A stretch of DNA of 64,000 bases from Raillietiella orientalis (taxonomy: Eukaryota): contig JAYWIR010000001.1 in assembly GCA_036172245.1 (NCBI GenBank), positions 10,664,001-10,728,000 on the forward strand, written 5' to 3'. The notes beneath the pieces are model-generated. The model worked only from the letters and a program-made list of their open reading frames with translations, ran no database searches and was not told where the DNA came from. How positions within the stretch are numbered: the stretch's first letter is position 1; every line of letters starts with the position of its first letter. The translations under genes were made by a program, and so were the position numbers. Below are positions 52,601 to 64,000 of this stretch, piece after piece.

Positions 52601-55600
52601 GGCCCGCGGCGGGCGAAGGGAGTAGGACGAGGCGTCTCGCGCTCGGCTGCGCCGCAGGCGGAACCGCGCGCCAGGTCCGTCCTCCGAGCAGTTCCCGTCC
52701 GAAATCCTCCGGGTGCGGACTTCTTCCCGGAGGGCGCTCTGCGCGGCGCCCTTTCCTTGCTGCTGCCTTTCCGCGCGTCCAAGGCAGCTGACGTTGGAGG
52801 GTCGCCGGGCACAGGGAGCAACGGGGGACGCAGCCTTCCATCATCCCCTTCACTCCTTCGCGCTCCATCTGAGGGTCCTCGGAAAGACGGAGATCGCCGG
52901 CGGGCACAGTGCGGCCGTCGGACTCCTGACCCTCGGAAGTGACCCTCGTTCCCGGAGGGCAAGAAGGGACACAGAGCTCTCGGGGCCCACGCTCCAGAGA
53001 GACGGCCGCGGGTCGAGCGGACCGAGGGCGAGCAGGTGAGCTGAGCCCTCCAGCTGCTTCTGATGGAGGGAAGGATCGGGTCCACCGGCCCTAAGGAGAG
53101 TGGGATGGGGGGAGAGAAGATTGTCCTGAGGAGGGGAGCGTGTTGGGTCCCACGTTCCTTCCCTATGAGAGATTCTGCCTCCTTCTTACCCCCAGGAGTC
53201 CAAGAAGAGCGTTCAGGGAGGCAGAGGCATTATCAGGAGAGGCGCCTCGAGGCGCCTACCGGAGGATGCCCTGACCCTGGAGAGGGGAAAGGGGTGCTCC
53301 CCCTTGTGCAGATATCCCCCCGTTCGCTCCTCCAGCTGCGGAGGCGCCCACGGATCGTTTCGCGCGTCGCTAGGGAACCGTGGTCTTGCACACTCGGGAG
53401 GTGGGGGTAGGTGAGGGGGATCTTCTGTCGAGGTTAGGTGCAGGGGCAGGCATTGGAGTGTGCCTGAGAGGAAATGCCGCGTTCCCCTGAGGGCATGGGG
53501 AGCGTCCGCCTCCCGGACAGGGGAGGGAAAAGAGAGTAGGGTGAGGGTGTGGACATGGCGGAGAAGGGCACGCGTGGTGGTAGGGGCGAGGAGCAGAAGG
53601 GCTCTCCCTTCTCCAGTGGCAGACCTCAGAAAGGAGGGGATCGACCAGATCGATCGGCTGGAGAGGGCCGGCCGCTGCACCCTCTGCAGGGCGTCCCTTG
53701 GTTGAGGCGGCTGACGGCAGAGGACTCCCGAAGCTCCGCAGACTTTCCAGGACTGACTGTTTCCCGTAGGGGTTTTTGTGCCCTCCTTCACCCCTTCCCT
53801 ACAGCATTCGCTTCGCCCCCTCCCGGGGAAGGTGGGCGATTCCAGAGCGGAGGCCCAGACCAAGACCAACGGCCCAGGGCAACAGCGGCACGCCATGGCT
53901 CCCGAGAGGCCGGTTGAGGGAAAGGAACATCCCATCCCCGCGCGAACGCTCTAAGGAAGAGGGACGGGGCATGAGGAGAAAAGGAAGACGAAAGCACAGA
54001 ATGCCCCACCGCAGAGGGTACATCCCGAAAGTTTGCACCGGAACGGAGAGGAGGTGTCAGGAGTAAGAGCGGCGGTGCCGAAGCGACAGCGCGTCACGCT
54101 CGAAGAGATGGACCGTGGCAGCTCGCGATCCTCGTGCGAACACGGCTTTCTTCATCCTCCCCCTCCTCATCTCTTCCTCTTTCTCTTCCCCCTCTGCTGC
54201 AGCTGGCACAACCCGCGGCGCGCGCAACAGCGGCCACCCGTTGCCTGTTTGCCGCTCGGTCTCCGGCGACGGTCCAGGGCGTCAAGGAAGGGCCAGCGCC
54301 GCGCGACTCCGCGATGGTGCAGGCCGCACATCGTCGACATCACGTGGTGCGCACCCTGCAGCAGGAGCGCGGGAGCAGCGGAGCATGCGCTGCCGCAGTT
54401 CTGAGAGCTGCGAGGGCACGCGGGACATGCGGCACGTGCCGACCGCGCCCTCCGGGGCCTCGGACCCCCGCGCTTCGTCCTTCCCTCCGCTCCTCCCCGC
54501 CTGGCGGCCAGTGTGCGAACTTTTCCTCTCCCCCCTTTTCCGACTACAGCAACGGGAGAAGCCCAGGACGAGGAAAGCCCGACCGGGTGCAGGTTGTCGT
54601 CGCGTGGGCACATCCCAGGCAGGCGGCTCGCCCCGGGCGTCTGAGTGAGACCTCGTAGGCTTCGGCAGACCGCGGGCGCCCACCCGGAAGACGACGCGGG
54701 ACTCCCGAAGACTTCGGCAACCGGATGGCTCGCGGGAGGCTGTGGTCGGAAGCGCAACTCCCGGCCGGGTGAAGGGGAGCGTCGGGAAGCAGCAGCGGCG
54801 CTGCGGGCAGACGCCGGAGGAAGTTTGGCGCCCCGGGCGATGCCCCCGCATTTCTCCGCGGTGGCCGCTTAGCGGCTGCGTCCTCCCCCTCCGTCGTCCC
54901 GCGGACGGGGTCGAAGGGTCGACGAGGGGAAGGGACGAGAGTCTTCCGCGCGCTCGCCCCCCCAGAGGCACTTGCGGGTGCTCCCGGGACTTTTTCCTTT
55001 TTTCCTCAGGGCTGCTTCTCCGTCCCGAAAGGCCCGAGACCCTGAAGAAGCTAGGGAGGACGAGAGAGAGGGGACGTGACCTCGGGAAGGTGAAGGATAA
55101 GGAGAAGCCGGAGGAGGAAGCAGAGGAAATGTTGCCGACGATGGCAACGATGGTGCAAGAGGAGCTTCCTTGCCGCCAGGGGATGAACGCTTGGAGACCC
55201 GGAGCCACTTGAGACCTCCGGCACGTCCAGGTCATCGAGACCCTTCAAAGTGCGTAGGCCATGCCGTTTCTCTGGACGTGACTTTCCGGAGTCTTCTCCG
55301 GACTCTGGTTCCATTCGACTTCCGCTAGTCTGGGTGAGAAGCCAAGGATCCTCCTCTCGAATTTCCTGGAAACGGTCGCGCTTGCAGAGTTGGCTGAAGG
55401 GCGCCTCCGAAGCTCTCCGTTGTCTTTTTCGGCACTGGTCAGACGTCCAGCTTGCGGATGACGCCAGGCAAAGACACACCATCACTTCCTTCGCATCCGT
55501 TGAGGGCCCACCGCTGTGGAGCGAAGACTAATCGGGACATCTAGCGGTAGTTTCCCCAACTCATCCTGCGGGATTATGACTGCCTCAGGAGGCGCTTGGG

Positions 55601-56394
55601 TGGGAAGACTCCAGTTTTGAAAACGCACGCATCTAGCTAAGAGGACTTCTGGATCAGCGGTTCTGGAGTGCTGAGTGGGTAGCCCCATGGGGTTTCCAGT
55701 CAACTCGGATTCTCGTAGTTTCGCTAACGTCTCGTTGAGTAGCGAAAAAAAAAAATTCGACGGGAAGAGAATATCCAAGCGTGTTTTTGCTGAAGTGCGT
55801 CTACCGCACACCCGCAATCGTGACTTTTGGCTTAGAGGCGAACCAAGCAGAGGTTGCTGAGCAGCTCGGGGGCGAGCGGTGTCGCTGCCTGGTGCTCAGT
55901 TGGCGTTCTTTTCGCATTTGTTGCACGGTGCGTGATGGCTGGGCGCTCCTCGTTTGCTTCGAGGTCTGAGGTCACCTGGAGACATCGCATAGCACCGAGG
56001 AACGTTCAGTGAGCACCGCAAGAAACACTTGGGCAGAGCTCAGAAGGGATTGACGTCGGAAGGCGGCCAAGTTCCAGACGGCGGCGAGGTGCACCTAGCC
56101 ACCCCGGGAACTGGTCGAGTCATGTTCGGGCATTGCAGGTTTTCCTTATCAGCATCCGAACCTGGAAACGAACTGGTTCGAGCGAGACAGCAGCTCTGAG
56201 TAGCACCGCCGCCCTTGAACGGGTAACTGGAGACATCCGTGCGCGAAGAAATCCACTGCGTTTCGGGAGGACTCCTCCTTCCGCCGGAGGCGTCCCACTT
56301 TGGAAAGTGAGGCAGTCGTTGTAGGTCGCTCGAAGCTTCGCCTGTGGTAGATGAGGGAGACACTGTGAGTAGCCTGGATGTTTCTCTAGAATCG

Positions 56395-57733
56395 CTCCTC
56401 TTCCTCCCTTCCTCTTTTTCTCTCTTCGGTCACGAGCACGTGGGAAACAGTTCGTTTCCAGGTTCGGATCGCTGGGATCTCGAAAGGAAGGAAGGATGGA
56501 GGTGCGCGAACCGCGACGGAGGTCGGAGAAAACAGGTGATGACTTTTTGGCCAGGACGACAACCACCGTTTTCTGACGTCACTGTTTTTAAGTTCTCCAG
56601 TCACTGTGGGCTGTGGATCAACGCAAACGATGTGGGTACGAAGCAGCGAGGAGAGCTCTTCAAGATATCTGTGATATCTGTGAATCTGTTGCCGAAGGAA
56701 TCTCAGCCTGCTGCAATCGTCGGCAAGAATGCGGTTCCAAAGTGTCGAGTGATCATCGGCATGACCACAGTGTTGCTTTGCGATCTCCGGGGTAACCGTG
56801 GAAAAGGATGTGAAAACTCCTCGGATTTATGGGAGAGTGGAGAAACATCGTCTGTGCTCCGCATCTTCAGCCAACCTTTCTTGATTTCGGCTGCTGCTGC
56901 TGATCTGATTTCCAAGTTTCGAACGTTCTCTTTCAGCTTTGCTTTGTTTGCCGGCAGATCGGCGCGCACTCTAAGTGGTGGAGCTCGGAAGACATGTGAG
57001 GAGACGCGAGCATCTTTTCCCACCTTTTGAAAACATTTCGTTTCGGAAGAACTGGACAATAAGAATCACCTTCGTAATCTCTCTCCTGAGCTTCAAGAAT
57101 CCTACGTTTGCGCAGACTTCGTTAAAATTTCTTCTTCAAATTTCATTCAAGGTGTAGAAATTTTTCTCATTTTATTCTGGAATATTGCTGCAGCCCTCGT
57201 TCCAAAGCAATGGCCGAACATTCTCTTTGTCGGGTGCGTTCCGTGCCGAAGAAACTTTTTGGTCAGCTGCCCAGTTTCGCGAACTTTCAGGAGATGGCCT
57301 GGATGAAAAACCTCGCGAATCTTCGATAACTGATGAGTTAAAAGTCAGCAACTCGCGCAAGGGAACGAAAGTGTCGCCTTCCCTTCCTTTTCCCTTGGGT
57401 GAACTTCTCGGACAGATGGAAGTAAACGCTCCCATGCAACACGAATCAATAAATTCATTACAGGGAAATGCTGCGTCAACAGGAAAGGAGCCAGCCTGCT
57501 TCCCACGGCTGTGTACCTCGAGAAATTGACAAAAAAACAGCGCGCGGTATGATCGGAGGGCGTGGAGCATCAAATTGGATGGTTTCGAGATCGAAGAAGA
57601 ATAAACGAAAACCCTGAAAGCGCCACTAAGAGTTGTGGTAAGGAGCACTAATGAAACACCTTAGGTTTGACGTCCACAATCCGTCCCCTCCTCTTCTTTC
57701 CTTCCTCCTTTTCTCTCTTCGGTCACCAGCCCG
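56395..57733. repeat. Dispersed 46-bp direct repeat pair (56395-56440 and 57688-57733)
   Basis: CTCCTCTTCytyCCTTCCTCyTTTTCTCTCTTCGGTCACsAGCmCG, with 5 mismatches between the copies. Confidence 0.75.
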
Positions 57734-59196
57734 CGCGAACCACACTAACTCTAGGTGCATCTTGACCTGCTGTTGCTTGTAAGAGCTCAGGTTCTGCCAA
57801 CAACAGGCTACTGGTGTTTGACGAGAACGAATCCTGAAGAGTCAAGTGCTCGACTGGCTGCGGAAACGCACACAAGGCGATTGCCCCAAACCTCCAGCAG
57901 CTTATAATCTTGGAACACGAGAACCATGATTATCGACTTCTGGACGTCAGTTGACGAGCAGACACGTGTAGGAATGATACGTTCGTCCCCACCGATTAAA
58001 ACAAAAGGTGATTAACGGTGATTAAGAACTTGATATTAAGCACAATTAAAAGCCACTGTTTACTAGTGAAATTCACTCCGACATCGAGATTACAATCATG
58101 CGACCACTTCAGCGCCGGTAACTAACCATCTTACCATATCCTCCCGACGCCAACAGCTCCACTCATTCCCGTCGGATGACCCGAAGGCAGCCTGGAGAGA
58201 TGCCAAGTTAATCCTCCTGGAGCCACGATTCTAAGCTCGAGATCTGAACGACGCTGGTCACAACTCGATCTTCGTCGGCGAAGCGGCCATTAGCGCACCT
58301 ACAGAAACGTGTCAAGCCTATTTCGAGTTTACTCCGCGAGGCTCCTTAATCATGACGCCGAAGTCACAACCCCAGCCATCCGGAAGCATTCCTATCCTAC
58401 CACTCCAATTAACTGTTCGTATCCTTCCCGTTAGTTTGCTGTCACGACCGCGACAGCTTTCGCAACTGCAGTTTTCGAGGCAACTGCAGTTTATGCACAT
58501 GAGCGGCCCCACTTTCCCCTGGGTGGAGCTCTTCGCACGTCGGCACTCCCTTGTTTGCCCCGGCAGCCGAAGCGCTGGTCAGCCTTGCTGGTGGTGCCAG
58601 CCAGAGCTCCCAAGCAATTCCCACACCGTTCTGCTGCCACGCGATCATCCTATCGGCTCCCTGGGAGCGTGGGTCCTGGCGACGAGGAAGCGGTGCGGCA
58701 CTTGGGAGTACCAAAAAAGAGCCGGTGGGACTGAGGCGCCGCCATGGCAACGGAGAACTTCTGGTGCCTGATGTGCAAACACACACGGAAATAAAACCCA
58801 GTCCCGTTTTCGCTTGGCTTGGAAAACCCCCACGAGGTTTTTCCCCGGCTCCACGCTGAACGCTCGACTACGTGGTCTTGGCTGTTTTGATCACTTCCTT
58901 GGGACGTGTTGCCATAGGCTGCTTCGAAGTAGAATAGAAGTTGAACCTGTCTTCTTTCTGGACCCAGGAATCGGTACTTTCTTTCAAACCCAGGCATGAA
59001 AAAGTCAACTTGGCCCACTTTTCACGGATTTATGGGTACACTTGTCTGCGAAATAAAAGGCAATATGGTCCGCGCTTTGCGATTAACGAGCAGATCACAA
59101 CTATGCGTCAATATGGGAGGGGGGAGAGGAATCTGAGGGGGAGGGGGGTTTGAAGTAGCTGAGATTACCACATTGGTTGACCCAGTTCAAAATAAT

Positions 59197-59202
59197 TTTA
59201 TT
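59197..59202 (-). promoter_or_regulatory. Putative polyadenylation signal of eIF5B
   Basis: AATAAA on the minus strand about 170 nt downstream of the TGA, at the edge of the AT-rich block. Confidence 0.55.
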
Positions 59203-59373
59203 GGAGGAAACAACTCCACTCATTAATGAATATTATTTTTTGTCTCATACAGTGTAAAATTAAATATTTCATTTAGCTATTTCACAGATATGCCCAGTGT
59301 CCATGACAGTGGACATTGATAGTTTATGAATGATCAACTGAATGAATGGCCTCTCATCCATTACGGTTTGTTT

Positions 59374-62300
59374 TCAAATGATGGAAAACTGAGCCTTCAG
59401 CTCCACCATCAGCTGCCAATCCGCCTTACTTAGATCCTTGCGAAAGTAGTTCTTGCAGGCATCAATGGATTCTCTTGAAATCTTTTGCACATTGGGCGTT
59501 GAAGGAAACTACCACATTCTTTTACATACCCTGCTCACTAGTAGGTCATTCTCGTCGAAATGACGCCCAAACATCTTGGGAGATTCTCCTCCAATCGGGG
59601 TAATTTTAATACAGAGTTCCTGACCTTTGGTAGCCAATTCAACAGGTTTGTGATTGACCTCCATGGTTGTCACCACACCAACATCAAGAAACTACACACA
59701 CATACACGGTCCGTAATATTCCACAACACAACCTTACATTTCTAGATGGCACACAGAGTGGGCTTCCTTCTCGAAGAAGACCTGCTTCGACACTCACACC
59801 AACAATGATTGGGTCCCGTGAGTTGAACACGAATTCCGGCAGGATTCGCAACTTACACGGGAATACAGCAATGTACTTGTGCTTTTCTCGCTCTTGCTGC
59901 TGCAACTGCTCTCTGTAGGCAATAAAATTATCAAAGAGATGATAAATAATGTCAGTGCGGAAAATCCGGACACCCAAATGGTCAGCCAATTCCTGAGCAT
60001 CACGTTCTACTTTCACATCAAATGCAAGGATGCAGGCATATCTGCAAGGAAAACGCACTCCACATGTGTGGCACAAGAAGGCCAATGCTCACTGGCGGTC
60101 GTGTTCCAGCATGATTGATGCCCGCATCACATCCCGTTTGGCCACTGGACCAATGCGGATTCCAGAGTAGGGGATCTTTGATGTGCGCAAGAACTCTAGC
60201 AAGGCTTCTAAGGAGCCCAGAGTCGATGCTTGCACATACACTCCCCTCTCCTTGAGGCGAATATTCTGAAGAGCTGATCGCAGTTCCTTGCTGACTTCTG
60301 AACAGCACACTTCGACCTCATCGGAGTGCTGGGCCACCAACATCTGCAGCCCTAGACAAAACAATTCCAAGAGACCAGGCTGATGCCACTTATCTTACCA
60401 GCAATAACTTTTTCCAAATCTTTGGCTGCAACTTTCACTCCCTGAGCAGCTTTGACTTCCTGGTACTCTTGATAGACATTCTAGTCACAGGACATTAATA
60501 AAACCCCTGGATTTGCCATGGCAAACAACCACAAGCTACCTTCACACGTAATTCCTTCAGAGGCTGGGGCATCAGAAGTGAGCGGATCTGGGTGACAATT
60601 GGTTTCTCGGTGCCAGCCAAAATGATTGTGTCTCCTTCTCGGAGTCGACCGTTGATAAGTATCACGTCGATTGTTGTTCCCAACCCTTGAATGGCCTTCA
60701 CTTCAAGAGGGATAGCTTGCAATTCTTCGGAGTAGCTGATGCGTTTGGCCAGCATTTGTTGAGAAAAACTAATGATGAGTGCAATCAGATTGCCCATCCC
60801 ATCTCCAGTGATGGCAGACGTTGGCACTATGGAGACATACGTCTTAGGGTCTGGATTTTCATAGAACAGTCGTGCATTTAATCCCTGGGGAAGCGCAAAT
60901 TTTCATTTATTGGAAGCACACATTTTTTTTCTGCCTCCTACCTGCTCAGCAAACTGCAACACAACCTGCTTGACTCTGTCATCAAACTCCAGCTTGGTGT
61001 TGACTGCTTGCATCCCAATGACATCTAGAATGTCCTTGTTGCGGTTGCTCTTCCACTCATACAAACTACTCAGAATGAAATCGCCTACAAGTTCCAAGCT
61101 ACCGATCAATTTTATTGAGAGCCACCACAAATGGAGTTCGACCCTTTTTCAACATCCCAATGGATTCCAAAGTTTGTGGCTCAAGACCATGCATGATATC
61201 TACTACCAATATAGCAATGTCACAAACAGAAGAACCTCGAGAACGCAAGTTTCGGAATGATTCGTGTCCAGGTGTGTCAATGATAAGCATGCCAGGGATC
61301 TTCAGCTCAGAATGGTTAAACTACAACACAACACATGGCTAAATGGGCTGCAGGCCCAACTTACGTTTTTAACCATCTTTGTCTGCTCTAGAATGGCTTC
61401 CTTAGGCACATTGGTTGCACCAATCTGCTGGGTGATTCCACCTGCCTCTGCATCCTGCACATTTGTGCGTCTCAACTTATCCAGAATTTTTGTCTTTCCA
61501 GTGTCCACATGACCCATGACACAGACAACTGGTGCTCTCAAGTTATCTATGCTTCGCTGATTTTCATTCTCTTCTCGACGTTTCTGAAGCAGCTCTTGAA
61601 AGATGGTACAACACTCACAGGAGAGCTACCTGAATACGTTCCCACACTTTCTCAGTGCAAGCTTTGGCTTCATTAATGCGTTTTCTTTCCTCTTCACTGT
61701 CTGATTCTTCTTCATCATCGCTGGACTCCGATTCATTTTCTTCGTCTTCCTCTTCTGAGGATGTAGTTTCTGGGGATGCTTCCACTTGCTTCACTAGAGC
61801 ATCTAATGCATTTCCAAAATGAAATGTCGAGATACATCTGGAAAAAACATCTATACCATCCTGCTCTACATCGCTATCCTGATCCCAGCTATCTTTGACA
61901 GGCTCCATGTCGTTTTCTTCATCTGACAGCTCTGGAGCTCTCACTTCCACGACAGGCTTCTGGATATCTTCTTGTGCAGAAGTTAATTCTTCTATTCCCA
62001 ACAAGGATATCAACAAAAGAGGTTCTGCAACTTACGATCTGTGGTCTCCAAGGGTTCTGGGATCAAATCAGCTGGGCATGAACTGGACTCTTTAACCTCT
62101 GTAAAAGAGGTTGTTCTAGCAATAGTTCTCTTTTTCAGCCTGTTATCCACGGGCTTTGGTGCAGGTTTCTGTCCAGGAAGTGGTACAGACACTCCTTGAG
62201 CTTTTAAAGCCTCCAGCATGGCTAAGGCACGAGCTTTGTCAACCTTCTGCTTAGATGTCAACAATTTCCCTTCATCCTTCATTTTCTGCATCCGTTCTTT

Positions 62301-63416
62301 TTTCTTCTGCTTCTCCCTTTCTTTACGCTGCTGTTGAAGTTGGGCCTGAGCAGAAACCAGTTACATACTGCTGGTTATCAACAAGTCTAACGCAAACCTG
62401 CAGCAACTTTTTCTTTTCGTGTTCTTCTTCTGCTCGGATCCTTTCTTCTTCTTGCTTTCTGAGGGCATCTTCTTCTTCCTGAATTTTTCTTAATCGTTCT
62501 TGCATAGCAGCTAGCATTTTCTTGCCCGGTCCCTTTTTTTTGGAATCAGCTTCTTTCTCTTCCTTTTCTTTCGTCTTCTTCTTTTTGACATCTTTTTTTT
62601 TAAGCTTTTTATCTTCTTCGGAGACCATAGCCAACTAATTCAGAATCCCAAGTTCTTACCTGACTCATTTTCATCTGTTACTTCTTCTTGTCCTTCTTTC
62701 TCATTCCTTAAATCAATATCTTCAGCTACACTTGAGGGCTTGGAGGTTTCCTCTGGAACTGATTGAGATTTCAAAGGTTTCTTAGGTGCTGCTGCCTTCG
62801 AAAATTTTTCAGATGGTTCAGTAGAAGGCACATCCTTCTGTAAGGTTTCTTTAGAAAGCTTTTCTTTGGGAGGCTTTTCCTTGGGTTTCTCTTTTTGAGG
62901 TTTCACTGTATCGCTTTTTTTTTTATTTTGCTTATTCTTGTCTTTGACTTGATCTTCATCTTGCTCAGCTGCTGGTTCGTCTGCTTTTTGCTTTGTTTTC
63001 GAAACAGGCTTTTCTCCACTGTACTCCAATTGCAATTCTGCTAAGATTTCATCAAGATCTTCTTCCTGGATATCCTTCTTCTTTCTGGTTTTCTTTCCTT
63101 TAGTCTTATTGCTTTTTTCCTTATTTTTTTCATCAATCAGTTCAATGATATCCAAATCGCGAGCCTCCTTGGCTATTTCACGTTTGGGCTTAGTTTCCAC
63201 TTTGAAATCCAGATCTACTTCTTTCACAGGCGAACCTTCATGTTCGGAGTCAGAAACGTGGTAATCTTCCACATCAAGCAAAGTGAAGACAGATTTTTTG
63301 GAACTTTTATAATTTGCTTCATCTGCAAAATCCAAAGTTTTGTGTTTATTAAGTTGAGAAAACACATCCAAATCATCATCATCTTCATCTTCTAAATGTA
63401 CTTTTTTCTCCTTTTT
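59374..63416 (-). CDS. EIF5B: Eukaryotic translation initiation factor 5B (IF2 homologue GTPase), 5'-partial, 14 exons in the window, ~1137 aa visible
   Basis: Exons 63416-62660, 62615-62398, 62345-62036, 61991-61857, 61802-61630, 61583-61365, 61320-61103, 61065-60942, 60884-60540, 60480-60399, 60351-60093, 60041-59738, 59691-59530 and 59481-59374 splice GT-AG into one frame of 3414 nt. Motifs: G1 [21 protein letters not shown]3 DTPGHESF, G4 [28 protein letters not shown] and C-terminal ISRESID, plus a K/E/D-rich N-terminus. The start exon was not found in the window. Confidence 0.96.
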
Positions 63417-64000
63417 CTATTAACAGAAAAAGCCAATCAAAGGAGTCCAACAAAGAGAAAAAATATAACATGATACATTTATTTTAAATTTCTCAAGTAA
63501 TACAAATTATTCAGAAAATGCTGTTTAGATTGCTGCATATGAACTGCCACTTCATTTTGTTATTTGAATGTATTAACAAATACACTCAGAAGCCTAAAAT
63601 GGAAAATCATATTTGCTTTGATTCATCCGCCATTCCTGCAAAGAATCTCAATAGACAGACCAATACATTTCAATCAGCCTGCCAACAATCCATTTCCAAG
63701 CTAAAAAACACAGTAGTTTCAAACTACAAAGTGGAAAATATGACTTGAAAATTTTCCTCATTCAAATCTGGTTGATCAACACAGAACCTTCTTGTATGAT
63801 GAGAAATTGACCATTATGCATTGTGGCATGGCAGAGTTACCTTACAAGAATGAAAGGACCAACCAACCGATATCCATGTGTAAAGGAACAAGTATTGAAA
63901 ACATTCCATTTCCCCGTAATACAGAGGTTTCACACAGAAATGAAAATCATCAGAACAAAAAACAGTTTGCAAAACCTCTGAAAATCACACAAAACATCAC

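Noticed and set aside
58135..58298. Exon-like minus-strand segment with acceptor TTTCTGTAG and donor GTAAGA
   Set aside because: All three frames contain stops and no linked exons were found; at most a non-coding exon.
59339..59346. TGAATGAA Capicua-like octamer in the eIF5B 3' UTR
   Set aside because: An isolated site in AT-rich sequence, compatible with chance.
31725..63416. Functional link between the sprouty uORFs and neighbouring eIF5B
   Set aside because: Proximity in an animal genome does not imply shared function, and nothing in the sequence supports it.
1..64000. tRNA, rRNA, snRNA, conserved miRNA genes, and transposase or reverse transcriptase ORFs
   Set aside because: None recognised by eye; scattered GGTTCGA matches lack cloverleaf context. 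tRNAscan-SE, Infernal/Rfam and RepeatMasker would be needed to exclude them formally.

Overview
This is eukaryotic genomic DNA from a bilaterian invertebrate, probably a protostome; the species cannot be identified from the sequence alone. Four recognisable genes lie on the minus strand. (1) The first coding exon of a NUAK (AMPK-related) kinase at 977-1083, which the ORF track misses; the rest of the gene runs off the left edge. (2) A complete 4-exon HINFP/MIZF zinc-finger gene at 17702-20320. (3) A sprouty gene with a single coding exon at 30950-31732 and a probable non-coding first exon ending at 33617. (4) A 5'-partial eIF5B gene with 14 exons at 59374-63416. HINFP, eIF5B and the NUAK exon sit in AT-rich, CpG-poor blocks with very short introns (37-59 nt, mode about 44 nt). 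Sprouty sits in a ~35 kb GC/CpG-rich, microsatellite-rich non-coding region whose many long ORFs look spurious. The most interesting signals surround sprouty: three Capicua octamers mixed with ETS and TEAD motifs at its putative promoter, an ATF4-like set of uORFs in its leader, and two miR-279-family seed sites, a Pumilio element and a duplicated 14-mer in its 3' region. The ultra-short introns, with atypical splice signals and frequent hairpins, are also notable. No RNA genes, CRISPR arrays or recognisable transposon ORFs were seen, and I found no evidence of a novel multi-gene system.
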